A stretch of DNA of 64,000 bases from a bacterium (GTDB lineage: Bacteria; Patescibacteriota; Minisyncoccia; Minisyncoccales; RBG-13-42-11): the NCBI GenBank assembly GCA_043817685.1, contig JBDRGQ010000006.1:1879-65878 (forward strand). The letters run 5' to 3'. The notes below the pieces were generated by a model. That model was not told where the DNA came from. It saw only the letters and a program-made list of their open reading frames with translations, and searched no databases. The position numbers and the translations under genes are program-made. Within the stretch, counting starts at the first letter, position 1. Every line of letters begins with the position of its first letter. Below are positions 1 to 9,814 of the stretch, piece after piece.

Positions 1-62
1 GCTCGATTAGTTATATCTTCCATATTCCCAATTGGAGTAGCAATAACGTATAAAGTTCCCAT
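1..62 (-). CDS. rsmI: 16S rRNA (cytidine1402-2'-O)-methyltransferase RsmI, N-terminal fragment running off the window
   Basis: Reverse strand from ATG at 62-60 translates to MGTLYVIATPIGNMEDITNR, matching the conserved RsmI N-terminus (LYVVATPIGNLEDIT). It is absent from the ORF track because it is truncated. Confidence 0.6.
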   Translation of the reverse strand, partial: MGTLYVIATPIGNMEDITNR

Positions 63-65
63 AGA

Positions 66-1094
66 TTATAAAACTACTGCTTTTTCTTCTTTTCTCTTTT
101 TTAAGAAATCCCTCAAAAATTCATAAAGAATGCCGGCTAAAGGAATGGCTAAAATAGCTCCCAATATTCCCAAAAGCTGAGCTCCTATTGATAAAGATAT
201 CAAAACTAAAACAGGAGGCAAGCCGACAAATTTCTTGGTTAAAATTGGTGACAAAATATTTCCCTCTATCTGTTGAATCAAAAAGAAAGCAATTAACACA
301 AAAATAGCTTTTAACCAAGAATCTAAAGCAACAAAAATAAAAATTAGAGCTCCGATAATAAGCGGGCCTATAACAGGGATGAAATCAAATATTCCAGACA
401 AAAGAGCCAATGTGGCAGCATATTTTACATCAAACAAATGTAATGTGATAAATACAGCTATGGCCACAAAAGCAGAAGTAAGTATCCTGCTTCCAAACCA
501 AGCAGCTACTTTAGTTTGTGATCTTTCCCAAAGAGAAAGAATAAATCCTTCCATTCTTTTAGGAGACAATAATCCTATGACTTTTTCCATCCCTTTTTCT
601 TCTAAAGATAAAAATAAAGCTATGGCTAAAATAAATATTGTGGAACCTATACTTCCAAAAAATAAAGCTAAAGCGCTAAGAATATCAGAAGATGCTTTTT
701 GAAGAATAGTTCCCAGAGTCAAAGTAAAGCTTTCCATACTGTCAAAGGCTTCTATTCCCAATCCTTTCAAAGAAGGAGCGAGTTTCTCAAAATACTGCGG
801 GAAGAACTGGGAAAATTGCTGTATTTCGCCAATGAACATCGGAATTGTCCAATAAATAGCAAGTCCTAATATCCCGAAGAATCCTATATAAATTAGAATA
901 ACAGCTAATACTCTGGGAATTCTGAATTTTTGTAAGAATTTAATAGCCGGATTAAACAAAACAGATATTATCAAAGCGAAAATAAACCATATAAGTATGT
1001 CTTTGATAAGGTATATTATGTAAAAAATAACTAAAGCTAAAGCAATCTTTAAAATAGTTCCCCATGAAATATCTAATACTTTTTCTCCGTTCAT
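66..1094 (-). CDS. AI-2E family transporter (PerM/UPF0118-like permease)
   Basis: 342-aa polytopic membrane protein. The N-terminal pattern and the C-terminal GILGAILAIPLAG-type segment are typical of the AI-2E family. Confidence 0.7.
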   Translation of the reverse strand: MNGEKVLDISWGTILKIALALVIFYIIYLIKDILIWFIFALIISVLFNPAIKFLQKFRIPRVLAVILIYIGFFGILGLAIYWTIPMFIGEIQQFSQFFPQYFEKLAPSLKGLGIEAFDSMESFTLTLGTILQKASSDILSALALFFGSIGSTIFILAIALFLSLEEKGMEKVIGLLSPKRMEGFILSLWERSQTKVAAWFGSRILTSAFVAIAVFITLHLFDVKYAATLALLSGIFDFIPVIGPLIIGALIFIFVALDSWLKAIFVLIAFFLIQQIEGNILSPILTKKFVGLPPVLVLISLSIGAQLLGILGAILAIPLAGILYEFLRDFLKKRKEEKAVVL

Positions 1095-2356
1095 AGTTTT
1101 AATAATTTTCTAAATCTTTCTTCTTCCTCAAACGGACCTATAATAGCTAAGTTTAAATTCTTTGGCTGAAAAATATCCTTTGCTACCTTTAGAATATCAT
1201 TTACAGAAACTTTATCAATTCTTTTGAAGATTTCTTCTGGTTTCAATATCTTCCCTTCTAGTATTTCTTGACTAGCGTAAAAGAAGGCTTTAGCATCTGA
1301 AGCTTCTAGGCCCAAAGACACTCTTCCTTTTATGTTTTCCTTGGCTTTTTTAAGTTCTGCGGCAGATATTTTCTTTTGGGTAAGTTTTTTAAATTCCTTT
1401 AAAACAGTTAGTATAGCTTTATCAACTCTTTTGTTATCTACTCCTGCTTTAGCAACTAAAAATCCTACATCTGGGTCTGCTTCATTCTCTGTTTTTATAT
1501 AATAGGCCAATCCCTGCTTTTCTCTAACCTCTGTAAATAAACGAGAACTCATCATCTCACCCAAAATAACGGAAAGCACGTCTAAAACGTATTTTTTAGG
1601 ACTAGAAAGATTATACGTTCTAACTCCTAAATGAAAATGAGTTTGATCTGTTTTTTTAAAATTGACTAAGCATTCTGGAACGGTCTGTCTTTCTATTACT
1701 TTTGCTTTTTTATTTGATTTTGAAACTGATATTTTAGAAAAATACTTTTTAATTTGCTCTACTATTTGATCTTCTTTAAAATTACCGGCTATGCAAACTA
1801 TAGTGTTTGAAGCGGTATATTGGGATTTTCTATAATTCAATATCTGCTGACGAGAAATATTTTCAATGGTTTCTTTGTTCCCAAGTATATCCCAACCCGC
1901 TGGTTGATCTCCGTAAAGAAGACTTTTCCAAACTTCTCCAATATAAGCCATTGGACTGTCTAAATACATGTTTATTTCTTCTATAATAACCATTCTTTCT
2001 TTTTCTATCTCCTTTGGCGGGAATAAAGAATTTAAATAAATATCTGAAGCCCAGTCTAAAGCCAAATCTAGTTGAGAAGCTTCAACTTTGGCATAATATC
2101 CAGTGCATTCTTCACTAGTAAATGCATTGAAGATACCTCCTACTTTATCTAAGGGTTCTATTACCTTTAAAGTTGTTGGTCTTTTCTTGGTTCCTTTAAA
2201 AAATAGGTGTTCCAAAAAATGAGAAATTCCAGATATATTCTTTTTCTCGTATTTTGAACCTGTTCCTATCAAAGTAAAAACAGTTACAGCCTGAGTGTTG
2301 GTTTGAGGAACAGTAATAATCCTCAGCCCATTTTTGAGAGTTATTTTTCTGAACAT
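1091..2356 (-). CDS. M16 (pitrilysin/insulinase) family zinc peptidase
   Basis: Inverted zinc motif HFLEHLFFKGT (HxxEH) near the N-terminus. The 421-aa length fits the two-domain M16 layout. Confidence 0.85.
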   Translation of the reverse strand: MFRKITLKNGLRIITVPQTNTQAVTVFTLIGTGSKYEKKNISGISHFLEHLFFKGTKKRPTTLKVIEPLDKVGGIFNAFTSEECTGYYAKVEASQLDLALDWASDIYLNSLFPPKEIEKERMVIIEEINMYLDSPMAYIGEVWKSLLYGDQPAGWDILGNKETIENISRQQILNYRKSQYTASNTIVCIAGNFKEDQIVEQIKKYFSKISVSKSNKKAKVIERQTVPECLVNFKKTDQTHFHLGVRTYNLSSPKKYVLDVLSVILGEMMSSRLFTEVREKQGLAYYIKTENEADPDVGFLVAKAGVDNKRVDKAILTVLKEFKKLTQKKISAAELKKAKENIKGRVSLGLEASDAKAFFYASQEILEGKILKPEEIFKRIDKVSVNDILKVAKDIFQPKNLNLAIIGPFEEEERFRKLLKL

Positions 2357-3684
2357 TACTTTTCTAGTTTTTCTCTTAAAACATTTACTAAATCATCCAC
2401 TTTCACTTTCTCTTGTTTCATAGTGTCTCTATCTCTAACTGTTACTTCGTTGTTTTCTAGGGTATTAAAATCAACAGTAATTGCAAAAACTGTTCCTATT
2501 TCATCCTGCCTGCGATATCTTCTTCCGATAGAAGCTATTGCGTCGTACTGGCAAATAAAATAAGGTTTCAAAAGAGAATAAACTTCTTTTGCTTTTTTAA
2601 CTAAATCTGGTTTGTTTTTGACTAAAGGTAAGACAGCAATCTTAATAGGGGCCAAAATTTTATTCAAAACCAACATTGTTTCTAGCTCTTTGGACGTTTC
2701 CGTCGTTTCAGTTCTTCCTCCCTTCACTTCTTTGAAAGCATCTATCAAGAAAGCTAAGAAAGATCTGTCTGCTCCTGCTGAAGTTTCTATTATATATGGG
2801 AAATACTTTTCTTTTGTTTCTTCGTCAAAATATTCCAAATTCTGACCGGAAAACTTAGAATGGTTTGATAAATCCCAATCTCCTCTATCATGTATTCCTT
2901 CTATTTCTTTCCAGCCAAAAGGAAACTTGTATTCTATATCCACCACTCTCTTGGCATAATGGGCCAAATCTTTCTTTGAAACTTCCTTAAATCTAAGATT
3001 CTTTTTATCTATTCCCAGTTTTATATACCAATCCATTCTCTGTTTTTTCCAATAATCAAAGAATTTATCAGCTTCTTTTGGTTTACAAAACCACTGAAGC
3101 TCCATCTGTTCAAATTCTCTAGTCCTGTAAGTAAAGTTCCCCGGAGTTATTTCATTCCTAAAAGCTTTTCCTACTTGGGCTATGCCAAAAGGAATTTTCT
3201 TTCTGGAAGAGTTTAAAACATTGAGAAAATTAACATATATCCCTTGGCAAGTTTCAGCTCTTAAATAACTGATAGAAGTTTTATCTTCTACGGGACCGAT
3301 ATTAGTTTTCATCATCAAGTTAAATTTTCTGGGGGCAGTAAGCTTTCCCTTACAATTAGGACAGTTTTCTGTTTCCAACAAGTCCTTTCTGAATCTGTGA
3401 TGGCATTTTTTGCACTCCACCAATTCATCCGCAAAACCGGCTGTTAAGTGTCCTGAAGCTTCCCAAATCTTAGGACTCATTAATATAGCTGCATCCAAGC
3501 CAACAATATCGTCTTGCAGCTGAATCATTTCTTTTCTCCAGGCATTCTTAATATTATTTTTCATTTCCACTCCCAAAGGACCGTAATCGTAACAAGAGCC
3601 GAATCCTCCGTATATTTCAGAAGAGAGAAATATAAATCCTCTCCTTTTGGCCAAAGATATGATTTTTTGCATTGTATTTTCCAT
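2356..3684 (-). CDS. glyQS: glycine--tRNA ligase (homodimeric class II)
   Basis: N-terminus KRRGFIFLSSEIYGGFGSCYDYGPLGVEMKNNIK is diagnostic of GlyQS-type GlyRS. Length is 442 aa. Confidence 0.95.
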   Translation of the reverse strand: MENTMQKIISLAKRRGFIFLSSEIYGGFGSCYDYGPLGVEMKNNIKNAWRKEMIQLQDDIVGLDAAILMSPKIWEASGHLTAGFADELVECKKCHHRFRKDLLETENCPNCKGKLTAPRKFNLMMKTNIGPVEDKTSISYLRAETCQGIYVNFLNVLNSSRKKIPFGIAQVGKAFRNEITPGNFTYRTREFEQMELQWFCKPKEADKFFDYWKKQRMDWYIKLGIDKKNLRFKEVSKKDLAHYAKRVVDIEYKFPFGWKEIEGIHDRGDWDLSNHSKFSGQNLEYFDEETKEKYFPYIIETSAGADRSFLAFLIDAFKEVKGGRTETTETSKELETMLVLNKILAPIKIAVLPLVKNKPDLVKKAKEVYSLLKPYFICQYDAIASIGRRYRRQDEIGTVFAITVDFNTLENNEVTVRDRDTMKQEKVKVDDLVNVLREKLEK

Positions 3685-3688
3685 ATAT

Positions 3689-5383
3689 CTATTGAACTAA
3701 TCCATCACTAACATTAATACTCGGATCATTGGGCAACAAAGTATTAATCCCGACATCCACACTTTCTAAGTTAACGTTTGTCCATTGATCTCGACCAGTG
3801 AGCCTGGCCTGACTTATTAATTCTGCGGCCTGGTTCTTTTGGGAATCGTAAGGACTTAGGGCGACCTGAAAGAATATACTCGGAGGGAGATTCAGTATTC
3901 CTTGCCCCACTAATAAGTCTCCAACATTCCAAACCAATTCTCTGGAACCTGAATCAAAAGTAAATTTATCTGCTTCTTCTTCTGGAAATATCTGCCCTGT
4001 TAATCTTACATTATAAGGAAGTATTGCTTTTGCTTTAACATCTGTCATGTCATTAAAATAATTCTTAGCCTGCCAAGAAATTGTATAAGTGGTAGTTTCT
4101 CCCACTTTGGGTGGAATAAATCCTGAATTACCGAATACTTCATCCTCATAAAAACCTTTTTGAGTTATTTCTATTTTTGAATTTACTTTATTAATAAACT
4201 CTCCCTTGACCTGGCTAAGATAAACATTTGTTTTAATCTCTGGATTTTTATCTTCTGTACTGTTTATTGACCAGCTGTTTTTAGTATTTATCCAAAATTC
4301 AACTTTTCCTTCTTCGTGCGGAGTTAGTAACTGTAAGTCTGAAACTCTTCTCCAATCCCAAAGAATAGAATTGTCTCCATCTTCGTACACTCCGTCTACT
4401 GTTCTTAAGGTATTAAAGTCTAAAGCTGAACCAGTAAGAGTGACCTGGAGAGTCATATCAGTTAAAATGTTTTCTCCTATATTTCTAAAAAATATTTCGT
4501 AATGAAGACTATCCCCGGGATCTACAACGAACTCAGGATTATTATTTATATTCTGAGTTATGTATAAAGTAGGCTTTATAATACTTATTCCTTTAATAGC
4601 TTCTTTTAATAAGACAAATTCTCCATCATACCAACTTCCTAATTGAGCCCTTAAGATCTTTTCTTCTCCTATGTCTCCCATTATTTTACCTGTAATTTCT
4701 ATCCTTCCCCCATCTGCCTTGTTCAATAATCCTATATCCCATTCTTTCTCATCTAAAGAAGACGGATTAGATTTTACGAATTCAAAATCAGAAGGATAGT
4801 CCATTAAAACTCTCAAATCAGATAGGGGATAATTTGCATTAGAAAAATAATTAAGTTTGAATTTAATTTCTTTCCCAGATTCAATGTTGGTTGGCAAATC
4901 AAACTCAAAAGTCAAAGGAACTTTTTCCAATAAAGTGGTGAATGAGGTAGAGGATTCATATCTAGCTTTTAAGTCTTTTGGTTTATAGCTTAAGGAAACT
5001 TTGGCGGTTTTAATATCTCCTTCTTTACCTAAAATCCTGCCCTTAAAAGAAATCGTTCTCTCTTCTCCAGGATAAATAGCCCCGCCTAATTCATTTTCAT
5101 CTTTAGTAACTCTAGTGGCATCTTCTCCAACTGGAATAGAATATTTTGGATATTCAAATATTAATTCTGGTTCTTCCAAACGAGCCTCTCCATTATTCTT
5201 ATATTTTACTATATACTCCACTTCTTCCAACAAACTGGTATTGCTTGGTCCCAGAATCTCCAATTTCAAAATATCTTTGGAATATATATTCTTTTGGTAA
5301 TAATAAATACCTAAAGCACCGACTAAAACGGCTGCAATTATTATAACTAAAGTAGTCTTTTTCATATTCTTTAACTTTAACAA
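3689..5383 (-). CDS. membrane-anchored hypothetical protein with about 4 repeated beta-sandwich (CARDB/DUF11-like) modules
   Basis: N-terminal TM (TTLVIIIAAVLVGALGIYYY). Recurrent modules of about 120 aa carry a pattern of the type xVxYxIxxxNxGxxxL. The family assignment is tentative. Confidence 0.4.
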   Translation of the reverse strand: MLKLKNMKKTTLVIIIAAVLVGALGIYYYQKNIYSKDILKLEILGPSNTSLLEEVEYIVKYKNNGEARLEEPELIFEYPKYSIPVGEDATRVTKDENELGGAIYPGEERTISFKGRILGKEGDIKTAKVSLSYKPKDLKARYESSTSFTTLLEKVPLTFEFDLPTNIESGKEIKFKLNYFSNANYPLSDLRVLMDYPSDFEFVKSNPSSLDEKEWDIGLLNKADGGRIEITGKIMGDIGEEKILRAQLGSWYDGEFVLLKEAIKGISIIKPTLYITQNINNNPEFVVDPGDSLHYEIFFRNIGENILTDMTLQVTLTGSALDFNTLRTVDGVYEDGDNSILWDWRRVSDLQLLTPHEEGKVEFWINTKNSWSINSTEDKNPEIKTNVYLSQVKGEFINKVNSKIEITQKGFYEDEVFGNSGFIPPKVGETTTYTISWQAKNYFNDMTDVKAKAILPYNVRLTGQIFPEEEADKFTFDSGSRELVWNVGDLLVGQGILNLPPSIFFQVALSPYDSQKNQAAELISQARLTGRDQWTNVNLESVDVGINTLLPNDPSINVSDGLVQ

Positions 5384-5384
5384 A

Positions 5385-6113
5385 TTATTGGGTTTTTTCC
5401 AAAACTCCTTTAAGATAGCGTCTGGAAATTTTATTAAGGCTTTTTATAATATTTTCTTCCAATTTCAACTTGTTTAAGGTGAGCCAATCTCTTTTTAAAA
5501 ATAACCTTAATATTTTTATTAAATCAGGTTCTATTGATTCCGGCTCTTTTACTTTTTTCTTACAGCTTTCGCAAATCAATCCTCCATCTCTTGGAACAAA
5601 GAATATTTTCCCTAGCATTATTTTCTTTTGGCAGACGAAACAATCATACAAATCAAGCTGATAACCAAGAATACAAAGAAAATTCCATAAAAAATAATAG
5701 TAAAGCAAGTTTATTTTTAATCCCTTCAGGGCCAGAGAATTTAGTTTCTCAAAAACTTCATTCAATAATCTCCATATTTCTTTATCAACCTCTTGTCCTC
5801 TTAACAATTTATCCACCAAACCTGATATTTGGTAGGCCACTTTTAATTTCTCTATATCGCTCCTTAGAATCTTAAACTTATTTATTAAAATTGCATCAGT
5901 AAGTGTTTTTTGAGCTTTTCCTTGAATAAATTCTATTTCCGAAAAATAAAAAAGCTCTAGTCCCGATCTTAGTTTTGATTTTATTTTCCTTTCAGCTCTG
6001 GCTAATAAATCCAATCTTCCAAAATCTTTAGTGTAAATAGTAAAAAGTCTGTCCGCTTCGCCCCTATCAACCTTACCCAAGATTATTCCCTGGGTTCTAT
6101 AATGGGTAAACAT
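5385..6113 (-). CDS. recO: DNA repair protein RecO
   Basis: N-terminal OB region GIILGKVDRGEADRLFTIYTKDFGRL plus a C-terminal CxxC...CxxC zinc motif (CFVCQKK...CESCKKK). Confidence 0.85.
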   Translation of the reverse strand: MFTHYRTQGIILGKVDRGEADRLFTIYTKDFGRLDLLARAERKIKSKLRSGLELFYFSEIEFIQGKAQKTLTDAILINKFKILRSDIEKLKVAYQISGLVDKLLRGQEVDKEIWRLLNEVFEKLNSLALKGLKINLLYYYFLWNFLCILGYQLDLYDCFVCQKKIMLGKIFFVPRDGGLICESCKKKVKEPESIEPDLIKILRLFLKRDWLTLNKLKLEENIIKSLNKISRRYLKGVLEKTQ

Positions 6114-6114
6114 T

Positions 6115-6393
6115 TTATTGTCCCAAAAACTGTTTTATAAGTTTTAACTTCTTCCCTATTTTAGACCTCTTTTTACCGTCCATTTCTTTTGTTATTTCCA
6201 TCTCAAGACTCTTTTTCACTCTATCTATTTCAGACGGCTCTAAATAACTACCGTAAACACTCCTCAATTCTTCTTCATATTCCAGCCTTTCTGCCTCGTT
6301 CATCCCGGTAGTATTAAACAATTCTGGCTTTCTCAACCATTGTCTAAAGTCATCTCGACTTAAATGTTTTTTGTCACCAAATCCCGATGGCAT
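6115..6393 (-). CDS. hypothetical small charged protein
   Basis: 92-aa ORF tightly packed between recO and ileS. No motif recognised. Confidence 0.35.
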   Translation of the reverse strand: MPSGFGDKKHLSRDDFRQWLRKPELFNTTGMNEAERLEYEEELRSVYGSYLEPSEIDRVKKSLEMEITKEMDGKKRSKIGKKLKLIKQFLGQ

Positions 6394-6395
6394 AA

Positions 6396-9236
6396 TTATA
6401 GTTTTTTAATTTTTATTAAAACTTCTTTGTTTTCTATTTTAGTTTCAGCTTCTTCGTCCCATTTTTCATCATTCTCGCCAATAAATAAATCTTTTATCCT
6501 AGCTTCTTTTAGAATATTATTTTTATTCTTTTCTAAAATATCGTTTAATTCTTTACCTCCCGAAAAATTAACTAATATTTCATCTTCTGGTTTCAAAGCT
6601 GCTTTCTTTCTCATCATTTGTATGTTACGAACTATCTCTCTAACTATCCCTTCTTCTTTCAATTCTACTGAAATGGTTTCATCTAATTTAATATTTTCTT
6701 TTAATGAAATGTCATATCTAAATCCTTTTACGTTTACTTCTTCTTTTATCAAATTGATTATCTCGCTATCCAAACCATTTGCTAATTCTCCAACAGCTAA
6801 TTCATTTAAAGGTTGTCTAACTTTAATTCCAGCGATGGCTCTTTCTTTTAACCCCAAATTAACTATTTCTCTAGCTCTCTTCATTTTTTCTTCCAGTTTT
6901 TCATCTACAAGTTTTTTTTCGGAACTTGGATATTCTTCCAAATGCACTGATTCTTCTTTCCCTCTAATTTCCTTATAAAGAGACTCTGCCAGAAAGGGAG
7001 TAAAAGGGGCCATAAGCTTCGATAATTTAGAAATTACATAATAAAGCGTTTGAACAGCTTCTTTCTTTTCTTTATCATCATCTGTTCTTTGGAATCTTTT
7101 TCTTGATCTCCTGACATACCAATTAGACAAATCATCAACAAAAGCCTCAAACAATCTGGCTGCTCCAACCACATCATATTTATCCAGCTTTTTAACAACT
7201 TCTGAATTAAGTTTTTCTAAGGAAGAAGCTATCCATTTGTCTAAAACATTATCAGAGTTAAATTCTTCTTTTCTTTCTTTTTTATCACTATATGTATTAA
7301 AAAATCTCTGGATATTTAACAACGTATCAAAGAATCTTCTATAAAGAACTTGAACATCGTTAAAATTAAAACTCTTTGGCTCTGCCACCGCATTTATTGT
7401 ATAAAAATAAAATCTGGCTACATCAGCCCCATAAGTTTCTATAACATCTGAAGGTTTTACTATATTTCCTTTGGATTTTGACATTTTCTGTCCTTTTTCG
7501 TCTAAAACAATACCCGTAGATAAAACATTCTTGTAAGGAGCGTCTAATTTCAAAAGTGTTGATATAACCAACAAAGTATAAAACCATCCTCTAGTTTGAT
7601 CTATTCCTTCACAAATAAAATCTGCTGGGAAGAATTTCTTTTTATCTATCAGATCCTTGTTCTCAAAAGGATAGTGTAACTGGGCAAAAGGCATGGAGCC
7701 CGAGTCAAACCAACAATCTATGACTTCTTTAACTCTCTTCATCTTCCCTCCGCAATCGCAATCAAAAGTAATTTCATCTATAGCTGGCCTATGCAAATCC
7801 TCTATTTTAAAATCTTTGCCAGCCTTTTCTCTTAATTCTTCTATGCTTCCTATACATGTCCTTTTATCACATTTTTCGCACTGCCAAATTGGAAGAGGAG
7901 TGCCCCAGTATCTTTCTCTAGATAAATTCCAATCTTTAACATCCCTTAGCCATTCTCCGAACCTTCCTTCTTTTAAATAGCTTGGCACCCAGTTTATTTT
8001 ATTATTCCTATTCAATAAATCTTTTTTTATTTCAGTAACTTTAATAAACCAAGAATCCTTTGCATAATACAAAAGGGGAGAATCGCACCTCCAGCAGAAA
8101 GGATATTCGTGCTCATACATTTCTTCTCTAAACAAAAGCTTCCTCTTTTTTAAATCTTCTACTATTAAAGGATCTGCATCTTTAACGAATTTTCCAGCAA
8201 AAGTTTTTACTTCATTTATGAATTTTCCTTCTTCATTAATATTTAAAACTACCGGCAAATTGTTTTCTTTGCCAACTTCCATATCTTCTTCTCCAAAAGC
8301 GGGAGCTATATGAACCAAACCTGTTCCTTCTTTCAAAGAAACATAATCTGCTGGAACAATAAACCATGCCTTTTTACTGGGTTCCTGAAAATTAAAAGCA
8401 GGTTCATATTCTAAGCCTTTTAGGTCTTTTCCCTTTAATTCCTCTAATATCTTGTATTCTTCCCCCAAAACAGATAATCTTTCTTTAGCTAAAATCAAAA
8501 TCTCTCCGTTGATCTCCGCTTTTACGTATTTAAAATTAGGATTCATGGCAATAGCCACGTTTCCCGGTAATGTCCATGGAGTAGTTGTCCAAACTAAAAA
8601 ACAAGTGTTCTTTTCTCCTTTAACAGGAAACTTAACAAAAACAGAATTGTCTTTTGTGTTTTTATAACCCTGGGCTACTTCGTGTGAAGAAAGAGAAGTG
8701 CCACAGCGAGGACAGAATGGAACAACTTTATAGTCTTGGTAAAGAAGATTCCTATCCCAAACTTTTTTCAATATCCACCACAGGCTTTCTATATATTCAT
8801 TACTACAAGTAACATAGGCTTTTTCCAAATCCAGCCAATACCCAATTCTTTCTGTAAATTTTTCCCAGTCTTTTTTATAATTAAAAACATTATTTCTGCA
8901 GGCACAAACAAAATTCTCAATATTGCTTTCTATGTCTTTTTTGCTTTTAATTCCTAAAGATTTTTCAGCTGAAATTTCTGTAGGCAAACCATGAGTATCC
9001 CAACCAGCTTTTCTCTCTACAAAAAATCCCTTCATTGTTTTGTAACGTAAAATAATATCCTTGAAAGATCTGGCTAATAAATGATGAATGCCAGGCAATC
9101 CATTGGCAAAGGGAGGGCCTTCGTAAAAAATGAATCTAGGTTTGTTTTTGTTTTTATCCAAAGTCCTCTTAAAGATATTATCTTTTTTCCAAAACTCTAG
9201 TATTTCTTTTTCTATTTTAGGCAAGATTACTTCCAT
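6396..9236 (-). CDS. ileS: isoleucine--tRNA ligase
   Basis: Class I signature PPFANGLPGIHHLL (HIGH-type) and KMSKSKGN. Length is 946 aa. Confidence 0.95.
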   Translation of the reverse strand: MEVILPKIEKEILEFWKKDNIFKRTLDKNKNKPRFIFYEGPPFANGLPGIHHLLARSFKDIILRYKTMKGFFVERKAGWDTHGLPTEISAEKSLGIKSKKDIESNIENFVCACRNNVFNYKKDWEKFTERIGYWLDLEKAYVTCSNEYIESLWWILKKVWDRNLLYQDYKVVPFCPRCGTSLSSHEVAQGYKNTKDNSVFVKFPVKGEKNTCFLVWTTTPWTLPGNVAIAMNPNFKYVKAEINGEILILAKERLSVLGEEYKILEELKGKDLKGLEYEPAFNFQEPSKKAWFIVPADYVSLKEGTGLVHIAPAFGEEDMEVGKENNLPVVLNINEEGKFINEVKTFAGKFVKDADPLIVEDLKKRKLLFREEMYEHEYPFCWRCDSPLLYYAKDSWFIKVTEIKKDLLNRNNKINWVPSYLKEGRFGEWLRDVKDWNLSRERYWGTPLPIWQCEKCDKRTCIGSIEELREKAGKDFKIEDLHRPAIDEITFDCDCGGKMKRVKEVIDCWFDSGSMPFAQLHYPFENKDLIDKKKFFPADFICEGIDQTRGWFYTLLVISTLLKLDAPYKNVLSTGIVLDEKGQKMSKSKGNIVKPSDVIETYGADVARFYFYTINAVAEPKSFNFNDVQVLYRRFFDTLLNIQRFFNTYSDKKERKEEFNSDNVLDKWIASSLEKLNSEVVKKLDKYDVVGAARLFEAFVDDLSNWYVRRSRKRFQRTDDDKEKKEAVQTLYYVISKLSKLMAPFTPFLAESLYKEIRGKEESVHLEEYPSSEKKLVDEKLEEKMKRAREIVNLGLKERAIAGIKVRQPLNELAVGELANGLDSEIINLIKEEVNVKGFRYDISLKENIKLDETISVELKEEGIVREIVRNIQMMRKKAALKPEDEILVNFSGGKELNDILEKNKNNILKEARIKDLFIGENDEKWDEEAETKIENKEVLIKIKKL

Positions 9237-9237
9237 A

Positions 9238-9813
9238 TTATTTTATTTTTCTTAATTCTCCAGTTTTAATCATATTTTTCTTGATGAACATTCCGTACAA
9301 AAACTCCTGATTAGTCATTCCCTTAATAAGACCTTCCAATATCCATAAGGGATCACCATGGCTGACGATTAAAATCTTTTTTTCTTTGTGCTTTCTATCA
9401 ATTTCTTTTAAGAAATCTTTCATCCTTTTTTTAAGATCGTTCCAGCTTTCTCCTTTTGGAGGTTTTTTAGAAAATTTTCTTTTTTTATAGCCGATAAACT
9501 TATAAAATGATTTCTTTTTTTCACCGTGAAAAATACCCATATTAATATCTATAAGTCGTTTGTCGAAATTAATTTCTTTAATGCCTAATTCTTTTGAAGA
9601 GATTATCGCGGTTTCCTTTGTTCTATAAAAATTAGAAGAATAAATAATATTTATCTTTTCCTTCTTTATCTTGCTTAAACTTCTTTTTACTTGATCCTTG
9701 CCTCTTTTTGTTAACCTTACTAAACTGCTGTCCTTAGGAGGATAAATAAATTCTTTCTTTTTAATTTGATAGACATTTTCTCCGTGTCTTAATAAGTAAT
9801 AAGTGTTTTCCAT
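9238..9813 (-). CDS. histidine phosphatase (phosphoglycerate mutase-like) family protein
   Basis: RHG motif (YLLRHGEN) at the N-terminus and IVSHGDPL near the C-terminus. Confidence 0.75.
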   Translation of the reverse strand: MENTYYLLRHGENVYQIKKKEFIYPPKDSSLVRLTKRGKDQVKRSLSKIKKEKINIIYSSNFYRTKETAIISSKELGIKEINFDKRLIDINMGIFHGEKKKSFYKFIGYKKRKFSKKPPKGESWNDLKKRMKDFLKEIDRKHKEKKILIVSHGDPLWILEGLIKGMTNQEFLYGMFIKKNMIKTGELRKIK

Positions 9814-9814
9814 A